Shown here: positions 27,033 through 37,256 of the stretch, one piece after another
Layout of the letters: each line of letters begins with the position of its first letter
How positions within the stretch are numbered: position 1 is the stretch's first letter
Source of the DNA: Patescibacteria group bacterium
Lineage (GTDB): Bacteria > Patescibacteriota > Patescibacteriia > UBA1558 > UBA10009
DNA: 64,000 nucleotides
Assembly (NCBI GenBank): GCA_018817315.1
Contig: JAHITV010000035.1
Span: 22,473 to 86,472, forward strand
Direction: 5' to 3'
Made by a program: the position numbers and the translations under genes
Notes under the pieces: generated by a model
Told to the model about the DNA's origin: nothing
Databases searched by the model: none
Seen by the model: the letters and a program-made list of their open reading frames with translations, nothing else

Positions 27033-29921
27033 ATGCCTACAAAACTTACTCCTAAAATTTATTCTCCTAGGGATTGGCGCCATGGTCGCACTAGCCGCTT
27101 TTTGTGTAGAACACATCATCAATCAAAAAGTCCTCGCCATTTAAAAAATCCCAAACGTCCTAAAGCTAAAAAAATCTTTCTGCTTTTTAAAAAATTTCTA
27201 CCCCATCTGATTTTTATCGTTTTTATAGGAATACTTTTTCTTATTGGAACCTTTGCTTGGTATTCACGTAGTTTACCCACCCCCGATAGATTACTTGCCC
27301 GTGATATTGCTCAAAGCACAAAAATATATGACCGCACTGGCGAACATTTATTATATGAAATTCACGGCGAACAAAAAAGAACTTTGGTGCCTTTAGAAAA
27401 AATACCAGATTATGCAATTAAAGCCACTTTAGCTTTAGAAGATCAACATTTTTATGAGCATCGTGGCTTTTCTTTATGGGGAACGTTTAGAGGGGTAATT
27501 TTAAGTTTCTTTAGAGGTAAAAGAGCTCAAGGTGGTTCTACTCTTACTCAACAACTGGTTAAAAACGCAATTTTAACCAGTGAAAGAAGTATCAAAAGAA
27601 AAATCAAAGAACTAATTTTATCGTACCAACTAGAAAGAAAATATACTAAAAATCAGATTTTGCAAATGTATTTTAATGAAATTCCTTACGGTTCTACTGC
27701 TTATGGTATTGAAGCGGCTAGCTATAATTATTTTAATAAAAGCACCAAAGAACTTACTATTGCTGAAGCGGCGCTGTTAGCAGCTTTACCCCAAAGACCC
27801 AGTTACCTTTCGCCTTATGGTAGCCATATTGATGAACTTTATGGCCGTCAGCATTACTGTTTAAGCCAAATGGCAAAACTGGGATATATTACAGCAGCAG
27901 AAGCTGAAGCTGCCAAAAATGAAAAAATTGTTTTTAAACAAAAGATTGAAGGTATAACCGCTCCTCATTTTGTCTTTTATGTTAAAGAATTATTAAGTGA
28001 AAAATATGGCGAGAAAATGATTGAGCAGGGTGGCTTAAAAATAATTTCCACGCTTGATTTTGAAATGCAAAAACAGGCCGAAAATATAATTATAGAACAG
28101 GCCGAAAAAAACCAAAAAAACTTTGCTGCTTCTAATGCTGCTTTGGTTTCTCTTGATATTTCAACAGGGCAAATTTTAGCCATGGTTGGCTCTAAAGATT
28201 TTTTTGATGAAACAATTGATGGCCAGGTTAATGTGGCTATTTCACCCAGACAACCGGGTAGTTCTTTTAAACCTATTGTTTATACGGCTGCCTGGCAAAA
28301 GGGTTATGTGCCAGAGACTGTTATTTATGATTTAGAAACGGTTTTTCCTTCACCCCAAAAAGACTATTTTCCTCACAATTATGATTTAGAGGAACGCGGA
28401 CCAGTTTCTCTCCGTCAAGCTTTAGCTGGATCTTTAAATATTCCTGCAGTTAAAATGATTTATCTTGTTGGTATTGACAATGTTTTGAATTTAGCAGAAA
28501 AAATCGGCTACACCACCTTAAAAGATCGCAGCCGCTTTGGTTTATCATTGGTTTTAGGAGGAGGGGAGGTTAAACTTTTAGAACACACCAATGCTTTTGC
28601 TGTTTTTGGCCGGGAAGGTAAATTTTTACCTACGGCTGCTATTTTAAAAATAGAGGATAATAATGGACGTATTATAGAAGAATTTCACACTCAAAGAGGA
28701 GAAAAAATCATGGAACCAGATATAGCCAGAATAACTAATGATGTTTTAAGCGATAATGACGCTCGTACTTTTATTTTTGGTGCTAATAATCACTTAACCC
28801 TAACTAACAGGCCAGTCACAGCTAAAACAGGCACCACTAATGACTATCGTGATGCCTGGACTATTGGTTATACACCTTCCTTGGCTACTGGTGTTTGGGT
28901 GGGTAATAATGATAATTCAGCCATGGAACGTGGGGCAGATGGAAGTGTGGTAGCAGCCCCTATCTGGCAAAAATTCATGAATGAAGTTTTAAAAGATAAA
29001 CCCGTAGAAACTTTTATTAAACCCAGTTATCAAATATCTAATAAACCCATGTTAGGCGGAGATGCCAGTGGTATAAAAGTAAAAATTGATAAAATATCAG
29101 GTCTGTTAGCCACCGAAGAAACTCCAACTCATTTAATAGAGGAAAGACTTTTTAAACAAGTTCATAATATTTTGCATTATTTAGATAAAGATGATCCACT
29201 CGGGCCTATTCCTCAAAATCCTGAAAATGATCCATATTACCAATATTGGGAAGAGTCAGTAACCAAATGGACAGAGGAACAAGGAATAACCAATGAAATT
29301 CCACCAAGCCAAGAAGATAATATTCACCGCACAGATGACAAACCCCAAGTTACTTTTGTTTCTCCTACTGATAATCAAACCATTTCCGAAACTCAATTTC
29401 ATCTAGAAGTTTCTGCTTCTGCCAGGCGAGGCATAACCAGGGTAGAATTTTATCTTGGTGATAATCTTTTAAACACTATTTATCAGGGTCCTTATATTAT
29501 TAATGTTGATATACCGCAAAATATTCTAAACGGCAATTACCAGCTTAAAACCAAAGCTTATGATGATATAGAAAATATGGGAGAAGTACAAATATCTATA
29601 AATTTACAAAGAGAAAATTATATAAATATTACTTGGGTGCAACCCAATATTAGCACTACTCTTGATCAAACATCTTTTCCTTATGACTTAATATTATATA
29701 TAGAAGAAATTGAACGGGTTAATAAAATTGATTTTTATTATCGTTTAGTTGATGATCAGCAATCTAATTGGCTTGGTTTTCTTGATAATGTTTATGACAA
29801 TCTTAATCAATTTACCTGGTCCCAACCCCCTGGCAATGGTATCTACAAAATTTATCCTTTAATTACTGATTATTTAGGAAAGGCTGTTACTGGACCAGAA
29901 ATAACAATAAGCATTGAATAA
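27033..29921 (+). CDS. penicillin-binding protein 1A (bifunctional transglycosylase/transpeptidase) with C-terminal Ig-like extension
   Basis: GT51 motifs ALALEDQHFYEHRGFS and GGSTLTQQLVKN, plus transpeptidase SSFKP and KTGTT. Start set at internal ATG MPTKLTPK just after the upstream stop. Confidence 0.9.
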   Translation: MPTKLTPKIYSPRDWRHGRTSRFLCRTHHQSKSPRHLKNPKRPKAKKIFLLFKKFLPHLIFIVFIGILFLIGTFAWYSRSLPTPDRLLARDIAQSTKIYDRTGEHLLYEIHGEQKRTLVPLEKIPDYAIKATLALEDQHFYEHRGFSLWGTFRGVILSFFRGKRAQGGSTLTQQLVKNAILTSERSIKRKIKELILSYQLERKYTKNQILQMYFNEIPYGSTAYGIEAASYNYFNKSTKELTIAEAALLAALPQRPSYLSPYGSHIDELYGRQHYCLSQMAKLGYITAAEAEAAKNEKIVFKQKIEGITAPHFVFYVKELLSEKYGEKMIEQGGLKIISTLDFEMQKQAENIIIEQAEKNQKNFAASNAALVSLDISTGQILAMVGSKDFFDETIDGQVNVAISPRQPGSSFKPIVYTAAWQKGYVPETVIYDLETVFPSPQKDYFPHNYDLEERGPVSLRQALAGSLNIPAVKMIYLVGIDNVLNLAEKIGYTTLKDRSRFGLSLVLGGGEVKLLEHTNAFAVFGREGKFLPTAAILKIEDNNGRIIEEFHTQRGEKIMEPDIARITNDVLSDNDARTFIFGANNHLTLTNRPVTAKTGTTNDYRDAWTIGYTPSLATGVWVGNNDNSAMERGADGSVVAAPIWQKFMNEVLKDKPVETFIKPSYQISNKPMLGGDASGIKVKIDKISGLLATEETPTHLIEERLFKQVHNILHYLDKDDPLGPIPQNPENDPYYQYWEESVTKWTEEQGITNEIPPSQEDNIHRTDDKPQVTFVSPTDNQTISETQFHLEVSASARRGITRVEFYLGDNLLNTIYQGPYIINVDIPQNILNGNYQLKTKAYDDIENMGEVQISINLQRENYINITWVQPNISTTLDQTSFPYDLILYIEEIERVNKIDFYYRLVDDQQSNWLGFLDNVYDNLNQFTWSQPPGNGIYKIYPLITDYLGKAVTGPEITISIE

Positions 29922-29939
29922 TTTTATACAAAAAAGAGT

Positions 29940-29967
29940 CTTTTAAAACGGCTCTTTTTATTATTAA
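29940..29967. terminator. bidirectional terminator hairpin between convergent PBP1A and SemiSWEET genes
   Basis: aaaagagtc-ttttaaaac-ggctcttttt: stem with one G-U, A-run upstream and T-run downstream. Confidence 0.45.
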
Positions 29968-29973
29968 ATTTTA

Positions 29974-30228
29974 CTATTTATATCTAATCTTCAAATATAG
30001 AATTGAAATTGCTATAATAAGCCCTACAAAATTCATTAAAGCTACAGGGTTATTTTTTATAATAACCGCATAAATTATCCAAAGAATTAATCCGATAATA
30101 TATATAATATACCTCCATAATGAAATATTTGTTGTTGATTTTGTTTTCCAGCTTTTAATTAATTGGGGTAGTAAAGATATAACCACTAAAATTCCTGCTA
30201 TATAACCAAGAGTATCTATATAATCCAT
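29974..30228 (-). CDS. SemiSWEET sugar transporter (PQ-loop / MtN3 family, 3-TM)
   Basis: 84 aa and 3 TM. ISLLPQLIKSWKTKST...ISLWRY...GLILWIIY...P reproduces the PQ motif and overall pattern of bacterial SemiSWEETs. Confidence 0.7.
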   Translation of the reverse strand: MDYIDTLGYIAGILVVISLLPQLIKSWKTKSTTNISLWRYIIYIIGLILWIIYAVIIKNNPVALMNFVGLIIAISILYLKIRYK

Positions 30229-30246
30229 AAGTTAATATTTTTAAAC

Positions 30247-31356
30247 TTACTGCCTGATAGGCATCACTAAATATAAATAATTATTGTTATCTGCTGGTTT
30301 TAAAATTCCTGGCACCCTGTCTCCTACCATTTCTAATATTGCTTCACTGGTTCCTAAATTATTTAAACCATCCAAAAGATAGCGGTAATTAAAAACCATT
30401 TCATTCTCTTCGCCCTCTATTTGTATGGGTAAAGTAATGGTGTTTTCTCCCACTCCACTATTAGTTGCTGAAATTACTAACTGATTTTTTGCCGAATTTA
30501 ACACTAATTTTACATCATTAATTCCTGGTTTACAAAAAAGAGCGGCGCTTTTTATTATTCGCGACAACTCTGCTACATTAATTTTTGTTTGGGTTTTATG
30601 TTTATCAGGAATAATTTGCTGATAATCAGGATATTGCCCTTCAATTAAACGAGAAATTAATTCTGTTTCTCCGTTAATCAAGAAAAGTATTTGATTTTCA
30701 TTAATATAAATCGTGGTATCAGATTCATCATTATCTTCTAAAATCCTAAAAACTTCTTGTAAAGTTCTTAAAGGTACAACCACTTTATACTCACTATTTA
30801 TTGTTTCGTTTAGGGTAATTCTTTTTTCTGCCAAACGATAACTATCAGTACCAACCAAAGTTAAGGTTTTATTATTTATAAAAAATAGTGCTCCGCTAAT
30901 TTCTGGTCTAGATTCATCTAAAGTAATAGCAAATATAACCTGGCTTAGGGCTTGTTTTAAATCATTGCTTTTTATTAAAATGGGTTGTTTTCTCTCTATT
31001 TCAGGAATTACCGGAAAATCATTAGCTTCCATACCCTTAATATAAGTTTGGTGGTTTTCACAATTTATATAAAGGTTTTGCTCTTTTAATTCAACCTCGA
31101 TGTTTTTTTTAGGTAAAAGAGAAATATAATCAGTAATTAATTTTGCTTGGGTGGTGAAAATACCCTCTTTTTCTACTTTACCCCTTAATTGTGTATTAAC
31201 ACCAATTTCTAAGTTAGTAGCGCTTAAATTAATTAATCCTTTTTTAGCCTGGATGAGAACATTATTTAAAATAGGTAAAGCAGTGCTACGACCAGCAATA
31301 TGACTCACAACCAACAAAGCTTTATTAAAATTTTCTTGTGTACAAATAAATTTCAT
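30247..31356 (-). CDS. dnaN: DNA polymerase III subunit beta (sliding clamp)
   Basis: MKFICTQENFNKALLVVSHIAG N-terminus. 369 aa, immediately downstream of dnaA. Confidence 0.9.
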   Translation of the reverse strand: MKFICTQENFNKALLVVSHIAGRSTALPILNNVLIQAKKGLINLSATNLEIGVNTQLRGKVEKEGIFTTQAKLITDYISLLPKKNIEVELKEQNLYINCENHQTYIKGMEANDFPVIPEIERKQPILIKSNDLKQALSQVIFAITLDESRPEISGALFFINNKTLTLVGTDSYRLAEKRITLNETINSEYKVVVPLRTLQEVFRILEDNDESDTTIYINENQILFLINGETELISRLIEGQYPDYQQIIPDKHKTQTKINVAELSRIIKSAALFCKPGINDVKLVLNSAKNQLVISATNSGVGENTITLPIQIEGEENEMVFNYRYLLDGLNNLGTSEAILEMVGDRVPGILKPADNNNYLYLVMPIRQ

Positions 31357-31613
31357 ATATATATTTATTTATTAGTTATTAATAATAAAGGAAGTGTAAA
31401 TGTTGAAAAGATTATTTTTTCTTTGTTGTTTAGCCAAATTTTTAATTCTATTAGGTGTGAAAAACCTGCTAATCATTTTTTAATAAACAGGGTAAAAGTA
31501 ACAATAATAGTTTAAAAGGTAAAATGTTTGTGGATATTTATTTGTTTAATCAACAGTTAATACAGTTGTTTTTCTAAAACTTATTTCAAACCTTTACCCA
31601 ACTTATTAAAAGT

Positions 31614-32975
31614 TTATTGGTATAATTTTTGTTTTATTAAACCCAGATCATTCTTCATTTTTTCATCTTTCTCTAAAAACCTAATTATTTTATTACAAGC
31701 ATGAATAGCTGTAGTATGATCTCTACCTCCTAATTCTTGTCCTATTGAAGGATAAGATGATTTAATTTCTTCTCTCATTAAATACATTACTATTTGGCGC
31801 GGTATTACCAACTCTTTACGTCGGCAATTACCAATTAAACTTTCTATACTTATATCAAAATACTCTGAAACAATTTTAATTATTTTTTTGGGGGTTAAAT
31901 TACCCTTTAAAGAGCTGGCAGCTAAATTATCTATAATTTGTTTAGTAGACTCTAGGGTTATTTCAGTTTTATTAAGTTGATAATGAGCAATAATACGGTT
32001 TAGAGCCCCTTCTAATTCTCTGATGTTATTTTGGATGTTTTTAGCTAAATATTCAATAATTTCCGGCTTTAGGGTAATGTTTTTTTCGTGACTTTTAGCC
32101 TCTAAAATGGCAATTCTAGTTTCTAAATCCGGAGAAGAAATATCAGCAATCATTCCCCATTCAAATCTGGAAACAAGCCTTTGTTCAATATCAGGAATAG
32201 CTTTAGGTGGTCGGTCAGAACTTAAAACAATCTGTTTATTATTTTGATGAAGAGCGTTAAAGGTATGAAAAAATTCCTCTTGGGTTTGTTCTTTGCCGGA
32301 AATAAAATGAATGTCGTCAATTAATAGAACATCAACTTGTCGGTAGGTGTTTTTAAACTTTTCGGTTTGGCCGCTTTTAATAGCTTGTATATAATCATTA
32401 GTAAACTTTTCACTGGTAACAAATAAAATTTTATTTTTAAGTTTTTTTTCCAAAAGGTAGTTACCAATAGCTTGCACTAAATGGGTTTTACCTAAACCTA
32501 CGCCGCCATATATAAAAAGTGGATTATAGGAAAATCCTGGTTTTTCCGCTACTGCTTTAGCGGCAGCATTAGCAAGCTCATTACCTTTACCAACCACAAA
32601 AGTATCAAAAGCGTATTTTTTATTTAAACCAAACTCATTTAATTTAACTTTTTCTATAATTTTTTCTTCGTCTAAAACTGCAGAACGAGGAGTAATAGCA
32701 TCTATCTTTAATCTACTTATTGTTTTACTGGTTTCTACTATGTATTCTATATGCTCAATAGTTCCGCTTGTTATATTTTTTAAAGCTTGAAGTATTTGAT
32801 CGCTGTATTTTTTTTCCAACCAAGCTTTGGTAAAGGCATTGGGCGTTCCAATAATTACCTTACTATTTTCCAAAGAGCTGATAAAAGTGTTTTTAAACCA
32901 AGTGGTAAAATTTGCTTTACTGATTAAAAGTTCTAGTTCGCCCAGGGTGACTTGCCAAAGTTGTTCGTTGGTCAT
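31614..32975 (-). CDS. dnaA: chromosomal replication initiator protein DnaA
   Basis: Walker A GGVGLGKTHL, Walker B LLIDDIHF, and the C-terminal DNA-binding signature IGQELGGRDHTTAIHACNKI. Confidence 0.95.
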   Translation of the reverse strand: MTNEQLWQVTLGELELLISKANFTTWFKNTFISSLENSKVIIGTPNAFTKAWLEKKYSDQILQALKNITSGTIEHIEYIVETSKTISRLKIDAITPRSAVLDEEKIIEKVKLNEFGLNKKYAFDTFVVGKGNELANAAAKAVAEKPGFSYNPLFIYGGVGLGKTHLVQAIGNYLLEKKLKNKILFVTSEKFTNDYIQAIKSGQTEKFKNTYRQVDVLLIDDIHFISGKEQTQEEFFHTFNALHQNNKQIVLSSDRPPKAIPDIEQRLVSRFEWGMIADISSPDLETRIAILEAKSHEKNITLKPEIIEYLAKNIQNNIRELEGALNRIIAHYQLNKTEITLESTKQIIDNLAASSLKGNLTPKKIIKIVSEYFDISIESLIGNCRRKELVIPRQIVMYLMREEIKSSYPSIGQELGGRDHTTAIHACNKIIRFLEKDEKMKNDLGLIKQKLYQ

Positions 32976-33167
32976 ATTTATTTTAGTAGTTTTTAAAGTA
33001 ATTGAATCTTATCACAAAAAAAAGTTTGTCAAAATACCCATAATTAACAAATAAATGTTTATAAATTGTGCATAGAATTGGGATAACATTTAATAATTGA
33101 CATAAAAAATAAAAATTGTTAGAATTATTACGCTTAATTAAAAAAACTTCATAGTACATTCACTTTT

Positions 33168-33305
33168 ATGCCTAAAAGAACTTACCAACCGAAAAAAAGG
33201 AAAAGATCAAAAAAACACGGTTTTAGAAAAAGAATGGCCAGTAAAAATGGCAAGAAAATTTTAAAAAGAAGACGTGCTAAGAAACGAACCAGATTATCTC
33301 ATTAG
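33168..33305 (+). CDS. rpmH: 50S ribosomal protein L34
   Basis: Hand translation gives [45 protein letters not shown] (45 aa). It is absent from the ORF track because of the length cutoff. Canonical position upstream of rnpA and divergent from dnaA. Confidence 0.85.
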   Translation: MPKRTYQPKKRKRSKKHGFRKRMASKNGKKILKRRRAKKRTRLSH

Positions 33306-33369
33306 TTAAATTTTGCCCTAGTGATTATAATTTTAGAGCAGTAATTATTAATTAGGGCAATTTTATTTT

Positions 33370-33708
33370 ATGATTCCTAAAACCAATCGTCTTTTAAAAG
33401 AAAAAAACTTTAAAAGAGTGGCTAAAAACGGGAAGTATTTTTTTGGCCGAACTTTAGTTTTAAAAGTAATTAAATCACCATTAACAGTAACTCGTTTAGC
33501 TATTATTGTTTCTGCAAAAGTTTCAAAAAAAGCAGTTGAGCGTAATAAAATAAAACGTCGTTTAAGGGAAGTTATCCGTTTAAATTTACCTAATCTAAAA
33601 AAAGGTTTTGATGTTATGATTTTAGTAAAACCCTTGGCTAAAGAAAAAAATTCCGCCGAATTATCCCAAATTTTAGAAGAGTTATTTAAAAAAGCTAATT
33701 TATGTTAA
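33370..33708 (+). CDS. rnpA: ribonuclease P protein component
   Basis: Basic 112 aa with [25 protein letters not shown], downstream of rpmH. Confidence 0.85.
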   Translation: MIPKTNRLLKEKNFKRVAKNGKYFFGRTLVLKVIKSPLTVTRLAIIVSAKVSKKAVERNKIKRRLREVIRLNLPNLKKGFDVMILVKPLAKEKNSAELSQILEELFKKANLC

Positions 33709-33938
33709 AGAAAGCAATCCTAAAATTAATTTTAATATACCAAAAAACTTTATCTCCTGATACTGGTTGGTTAGCTATAAAACATCCACATGGCTTTTGT
33801 CGTTATTATCCTACTTGTTCAAGTTATAGTTATCAAGCTATAAAAAGACACGGTTTGGTCAAAGGTTTTTTAAAATCTTTAATAAGAATATTAAAATGTA
33901 ACCCTTTTTCTAAAGGTGGTTATGATCCTTTAAAATAA
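33702..33938 (+). CDS. yidD: membrane protein insertion efficiency factor YidD
   Basis: [11 protein letters not shown]...[19 protein letters not shown], the conserved YidD motif. Confidence 0.85.
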   Translation: MLKKAILKLILIYQKTLSPDTGWLAIKHPHGFCRYYPTCSSYSYQAIKRHGLVKGFLKSLIRILKCNPFSKGGYDPLK

Positions 33939-33941
33939 TAT

Positions 33942-34667
33942 ATGTTAACCACAATCTATCACACTATTCTTTATCAGCCAATTTTAAATTTATTAGTCTT
34001 TTTTTATAATATTATTCCTGGTAATGATCTGGGTTTAGCCATAATTCTTTTAACTATTGTTATTAAAATTATCTTTTCTCCCCTTTTTGTTCAGTCAATC
34101 AAGGCGCAACGCGCCATGCAGGCCATTCAACCGAAATTAAATGCTTTAAAAGAAAAATATAAAGATAATAAAGAAAAAATGGGCGTAGCCACCATGGATC
34201 TTTATAAACAAGAAAAGGTTAATCCCCTTTCTTCATGTTTGCCTTTGCTTATTCAACTTCCTTTTTTAATTGCAGTTTATCAAGTTTTTAGAACTGGTTT
34301 AACGGGTGAACATTTAGATTTACTTTATTCTTTTATTTATAATCCTGGTTCCTTAAATCCTATTTCATTTGGTATTCTAAATTTAAGTAAAGCAAGTATA
34401 GTGATGGCACTTTTAGCAGGACTGGCTCAGTTTTGGCAATCAAAGACAATGTTAGGGAAGCAGCAAAAAACCAACGGCAAAGAAGTTAGTTTAGCCAATA
34501 CTATGACAAGACAAATGACTTATATGATGCCCGTTTTAACCGTTGTTATTGGTGCTTCTTTACCTGCTGGTTTAACTTTATACTGGTTTTTAGTAACTAT
34601 CTTAGGGGCCTTGCAACAGTTTATTATTTTTAAAAGAATGGATAAAAGAGTACCTTCCTCTTCTTAA
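33942..34667 (+). CDS. yidC: YidC/Oxa1 family membrane protein insertase (short form)
   Basis: Five-TM core with conserved LPLLIQLPFLIAVY and C-terminal GLTLYW motifs, in the rpmH-rnpA-yidD-yidC context. Confidence 0.85.
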   Translation: MLTTIYHTILYQPILNLLVFFYNIIPGNDLGLAIILLTIVIKIIFSPLFVQSIKAQRAMQAIQPKLNALKEKYKDNKEKMGVATMDLYKQEKVNPLSSCLPLLIQLPFLIAVYQVFRTGLTGEHLDLLYSFIYNPGSLNPISFGILNLSKASIVMALLAGLAQFWQSKTMLGKQQKTNGKEVSLANTMTRQMTYMMPVLTVVIGASLPAGLTLYWFLVTILGALQQFIIFKRMDKRVPSSS

Positions 34668-34677
34668 AATACAAGAT

Positions 34678-34956
34678 ATGTATATTCTTTCTAAAAAATT
34701 AAAGAATTTACCGGTTTACACTAAAAGTAAGGAATATTTAGGTAAAATTCAAGAAATAGAAATTGATTTAGATAATCAAAATATTGTCCGATATCTAGTA
34801 AAGAGTAATCAGATGGTTAAAAGACTGGTTGGCAAACAGTTAATTATCAAACCTCCTCAAGTATTAAGTTTAGATGAAGAGAAAATGGTTGTTGAGGATA
34901 ATATTATTAAAGAAAAAAAAGCAGGCTTGGTTAGAGAACCAGCCACTCTTTCATAA
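34678..34956 (+). CDS. PRC-barrel domain protein (YlmC/YmxH-like)
   Basis: 92 aa. The LGKIQEIEIDLDNQNIVRYLV pattern resembles PRC-barrel proteins. Confidence 0.4.
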   Translation: MYILSKKLKNLPVYTKSKEYLGKIQEIEIDLDNQNIVRYLVKSNQMVKRLVGKQLIIKPPQVLSLDEEKMVVEDNIIKEKKAGLVREPATLS

Positions 34957-34982
34957 TTTTCTGTTTTTAGTGTAAAGTCAGT

Positions 34983-35744
34983 TTAAAATTGTCTTTTACT
35001 GCCCACAATTACATTTAATTTTTGTGGAGCGATACTAACCTCTACAGGTGTTTTAAAGATCGCTTGTTGATCAATAGTAATGGTGGCTGGCCCACCCTCA
35101 CTGTTTATCCTTACTTTTTTAAAAGAAAAAATGCTTTGTTGAGCAGTTTTTTTTAGTTTATTCAACAAACCACCTTTGGTTTGTTCTACCACTACCTCTA
35201 AAAGTCCATCAGTAGGGTTAGAAATGTTTCTGTAAATTTGAGGACTACTGGTTAGAAGTCCAAGGTTACAAATACTGATTAAAGAGTCTTTAAAAAGAGG
35301 AGTGATTTTATATTTGTTAAATTCTAAAGTAACCGGTGAATGAGTGATGATGGCTGAATCAATAAAATATTGTTGATTGATTTTACCTAAATCAATTTTT
35401 TTTATTAAGCGTTGAGCTAAAATATCACAAGCGTTTTCTGCTGGGGGTACACCAAGAATTTGAGCAATTTTACTTTTATTACTAACAGGTATTAAACCCA
35501 AAGTAATATTTAGATCAACAATAATATTAATCATTTTGCTAAAAGTTTGATCGTCTCCTACTACCACAATAGTTTTAACTCCCTGTTTTATCCCCTCTTC
35601 AACCATCTCTTTCATATTTTTTAAGATGTTCAGACGGTAAATTTTTCCTTTAATTTCCAGATCTGTTAAACGGTTTTCTATTCTGTTTAAAATGCCAGCA
35701 AATTTTTTATTATTTAAAAAAGTGTCGTAAATATAAAGATACAT
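34983..35744 (-). CDS. NAD kinase / DAGK-catalytic-domain family protein with degenerate GGDGT motif
   Basis: IVVVGDDQTFSKMINII aligns to the GGDGT loop of ATP-NAD kinases and YegS-type lipid kinases. About 253 aa. Confidence 0.4.
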   Translation of the reverse strand: MYLYIYDTFLNNKKFAGILNRIENRLTDLEIKGKIYRLNILKNMKEMVEEGIKQGVKTIVVVGDDQTFSKMINIIVDLNITLGLIPVSNKSKIAQILGVPPAENACDILAQRLIKKIDLGKINQQYFIDSAIITHSPVTLEFNKYKITPLFKDSLISICNLGLLTSSPQIYRNISNPTDGLLEVVVEQTKGGLLNKLKKTAQQSIFSFKKVRINSEGGPATITIDQQAIFKTPVEVSIAPQKLNVIVGSKRQF

Positions 35745-35746
35745 AA

Positions 35747-36151
35747 TTAATTATTTTTTTCACTCATTTTAACAGAGGGCTTTGGTTGTTGATCAGCCGC
35801 CTGTAGGTCCATAGTAACCCTGCCGTTTAAATAAGCACCTTTTTCCACTGCTAGTTGTTTGGTTTCAACATCACCAGTAATTTTGGCTGTAGCAGTAAGT
35901 TCTAAACTTTCTTTAATAGTTAAGTTACCAGTAATTTCACCGGCTACATAGGCATTTAAAGCTTCTACGTCAGCTTTGATTTTAGCGTCTTTGCCAACAC
36001 GTAAAAAGTTTTTAGTTTTTAAATTACCCAGAACAATTCCTTCTATAATCATATCTCCGTTCCCTGCAAAATCACCTTCCACTTTTACTGAAGGACCAAT
36101 TATTGTTTCTACATTTTGAGACTGTTTTGTTTTATCCTCTGATTTGAACAT
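35747..36151 (-). CDS. bactofilin family cytoskeletal protein
   Basis: Repetitive beta-helical DUF583 pattern (IEGIVLGNLKTKNFLRVGKDAKIKADVEALNAYVAGEITGNLTI...) with Pro/Lys-rich termini. Confidence 0.75.
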   Translation of the reverse strand: MFKSEDKTKQSQNVETIIGPSVKVEGDFAGNGDMIIEGIVLGNLKTKNFLRVGKDAKIKADVEALNAYVAGEITGNLTIKESLELTATAKITGDVETKQLAVEKGAYLNGRVTMDLQAADQQPKPSVKMSEKNN

Positions 36152-36614
36152 AAGTTTATTTGTTATGATTTGAATAGTTAAATTTTAAGGAAAAGTTTAA
36201 TAAAAGTCAAAAAATTTAGACAATAAGCCCAAATTGTATTATATTATGAAATAAACGTAAAATAAAGTTTTTTAAACATTAATTAACCAAAGATGGAAAA
36301 GAAATATATAAAGAGAGATTTTATAAAGATATTTGTTTTAGCGTTTTCTTTTACTGCCTTTTTAATTCTATTGGCTATTTGGGATAAAAATTCCCAAGTA
36401 TTACAGAAAATAGCAGAGAATTGGATAAATTAATATTTTGCGACGCAATAATATAGCTTAATATAGCGAAATTCTGTTAAAATTTCTTAAAAAACTACTA
36501 AATTGTTCCACGTGGAACACTACATGTTCCGTGAAATAATTTCTAAATAGTAAGAATATCAACCTAAATTTATTATCCCCGTAGTTCAATGGATACCTGC
36601 CTGACTTACCTAAC

Positions 36615-36689
36615 GTCCCTGTAGTTCAATGGATAGAACAAGAGACTCCTAAGCTCTGGATAGAGGTTCAATTCCTCTCAGGGACACCA
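36615..36689 (+). tRNA. tRNA-Arg (anticodon CCT), CCA encoded
   Basis: Hand-folded cloverleaf: acceptor gtccctg/cagggac, D-arm gttc-aatggata-gaac, anticodon loop cTCCTaa, T-arm agagg-ttcaatt-cctct, then A-CCA. Confidence 0.85.
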
Positions 36690-36690
36690 T

Positions 36691-36767
36691 GGGCCGTTAG
36701 CTTAGTTGGCTAGAGCGCTACATTCGCATTGTAGAGGTCGCCGGTTCGACTCCGGCACGGTCCACCA
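36691..36767 (+). tRNA. tRNA-Ala (anticodon CGC), CCA encoded
   Basis: Acceptor gggccgt/acggtcc with the G3-U70 alanine identity pair. Anticodon stem ctaca/tgtag, loop ttCGCat. T-arm gccgg-ttcgact-ccggc. Confidence 0.85.
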
Positions 36768-36802
36768 AATCCACTTTAAACTATTCATATCTACGTATAT
36801 CT

Positions 36803-37123
36803 ATGGGAAATTATTGGAGAAAGCTTCTTAAAAAGAATCTGATGAAAGATCCTACCTATTACAGTGATGATAAAATATATAGGCACGAACATAGAAATGA
36901 CTTTTTTACACCAGAGAACCTCATAATAACCATTAAAACCAAAGTGAAACATTATAGTTTTGGCGGTCCCGTATACAGCGCTGTCGTTAATCTTTATAAG
37001 GAAGAAGTTCGGATTACATTTGTTCCGCCTAGATATAAAGGTGCCCAACAATATGAGATTAAATGGGATAAAATTTTAGAGGTAGACTTCCATTTTTTCC
37101 CCAAGGTTTCAAGAATAAAATAA
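36803..37123 (+). CDS. hypothetical protein
   Basis: 106-aa ORF between tRNA genes with no recognisable motifs. A partially overlapping antisense ORF (36791..37051) is equally uninformative. Confidence 0.3.
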   Translation: MGNYWRKLLKKNLMKDPTYYSDDKIYRHEHRNDFFTPENLIITIKTKVKHYSFGGPVYSAVVNLYKEEVRITFVPPRYKGAQQYEIKWDKILEVDFHFFPKVSRIK

Positions 37124-37256
37124 TTTGGTTCCAACTGGCACAGACGGTATCCACCATAGTCAAATTATAAATTATAATAAGATAGTTTCTACCAAAGGCG
37201 GACAATCCTTTGTGTTTCCACTAAACTAAGAATTATTGATAAATATTCATTTATTC

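Noticed and set aside
36578-36614. Possible additional tRNA gene upstream of tRNA-Arg.
   Set aside because: Only the acceptor 5' strand and D-stem/loop 5' side are present. No anticodon or T-arm can be folded. Kept only as a fragment finding.
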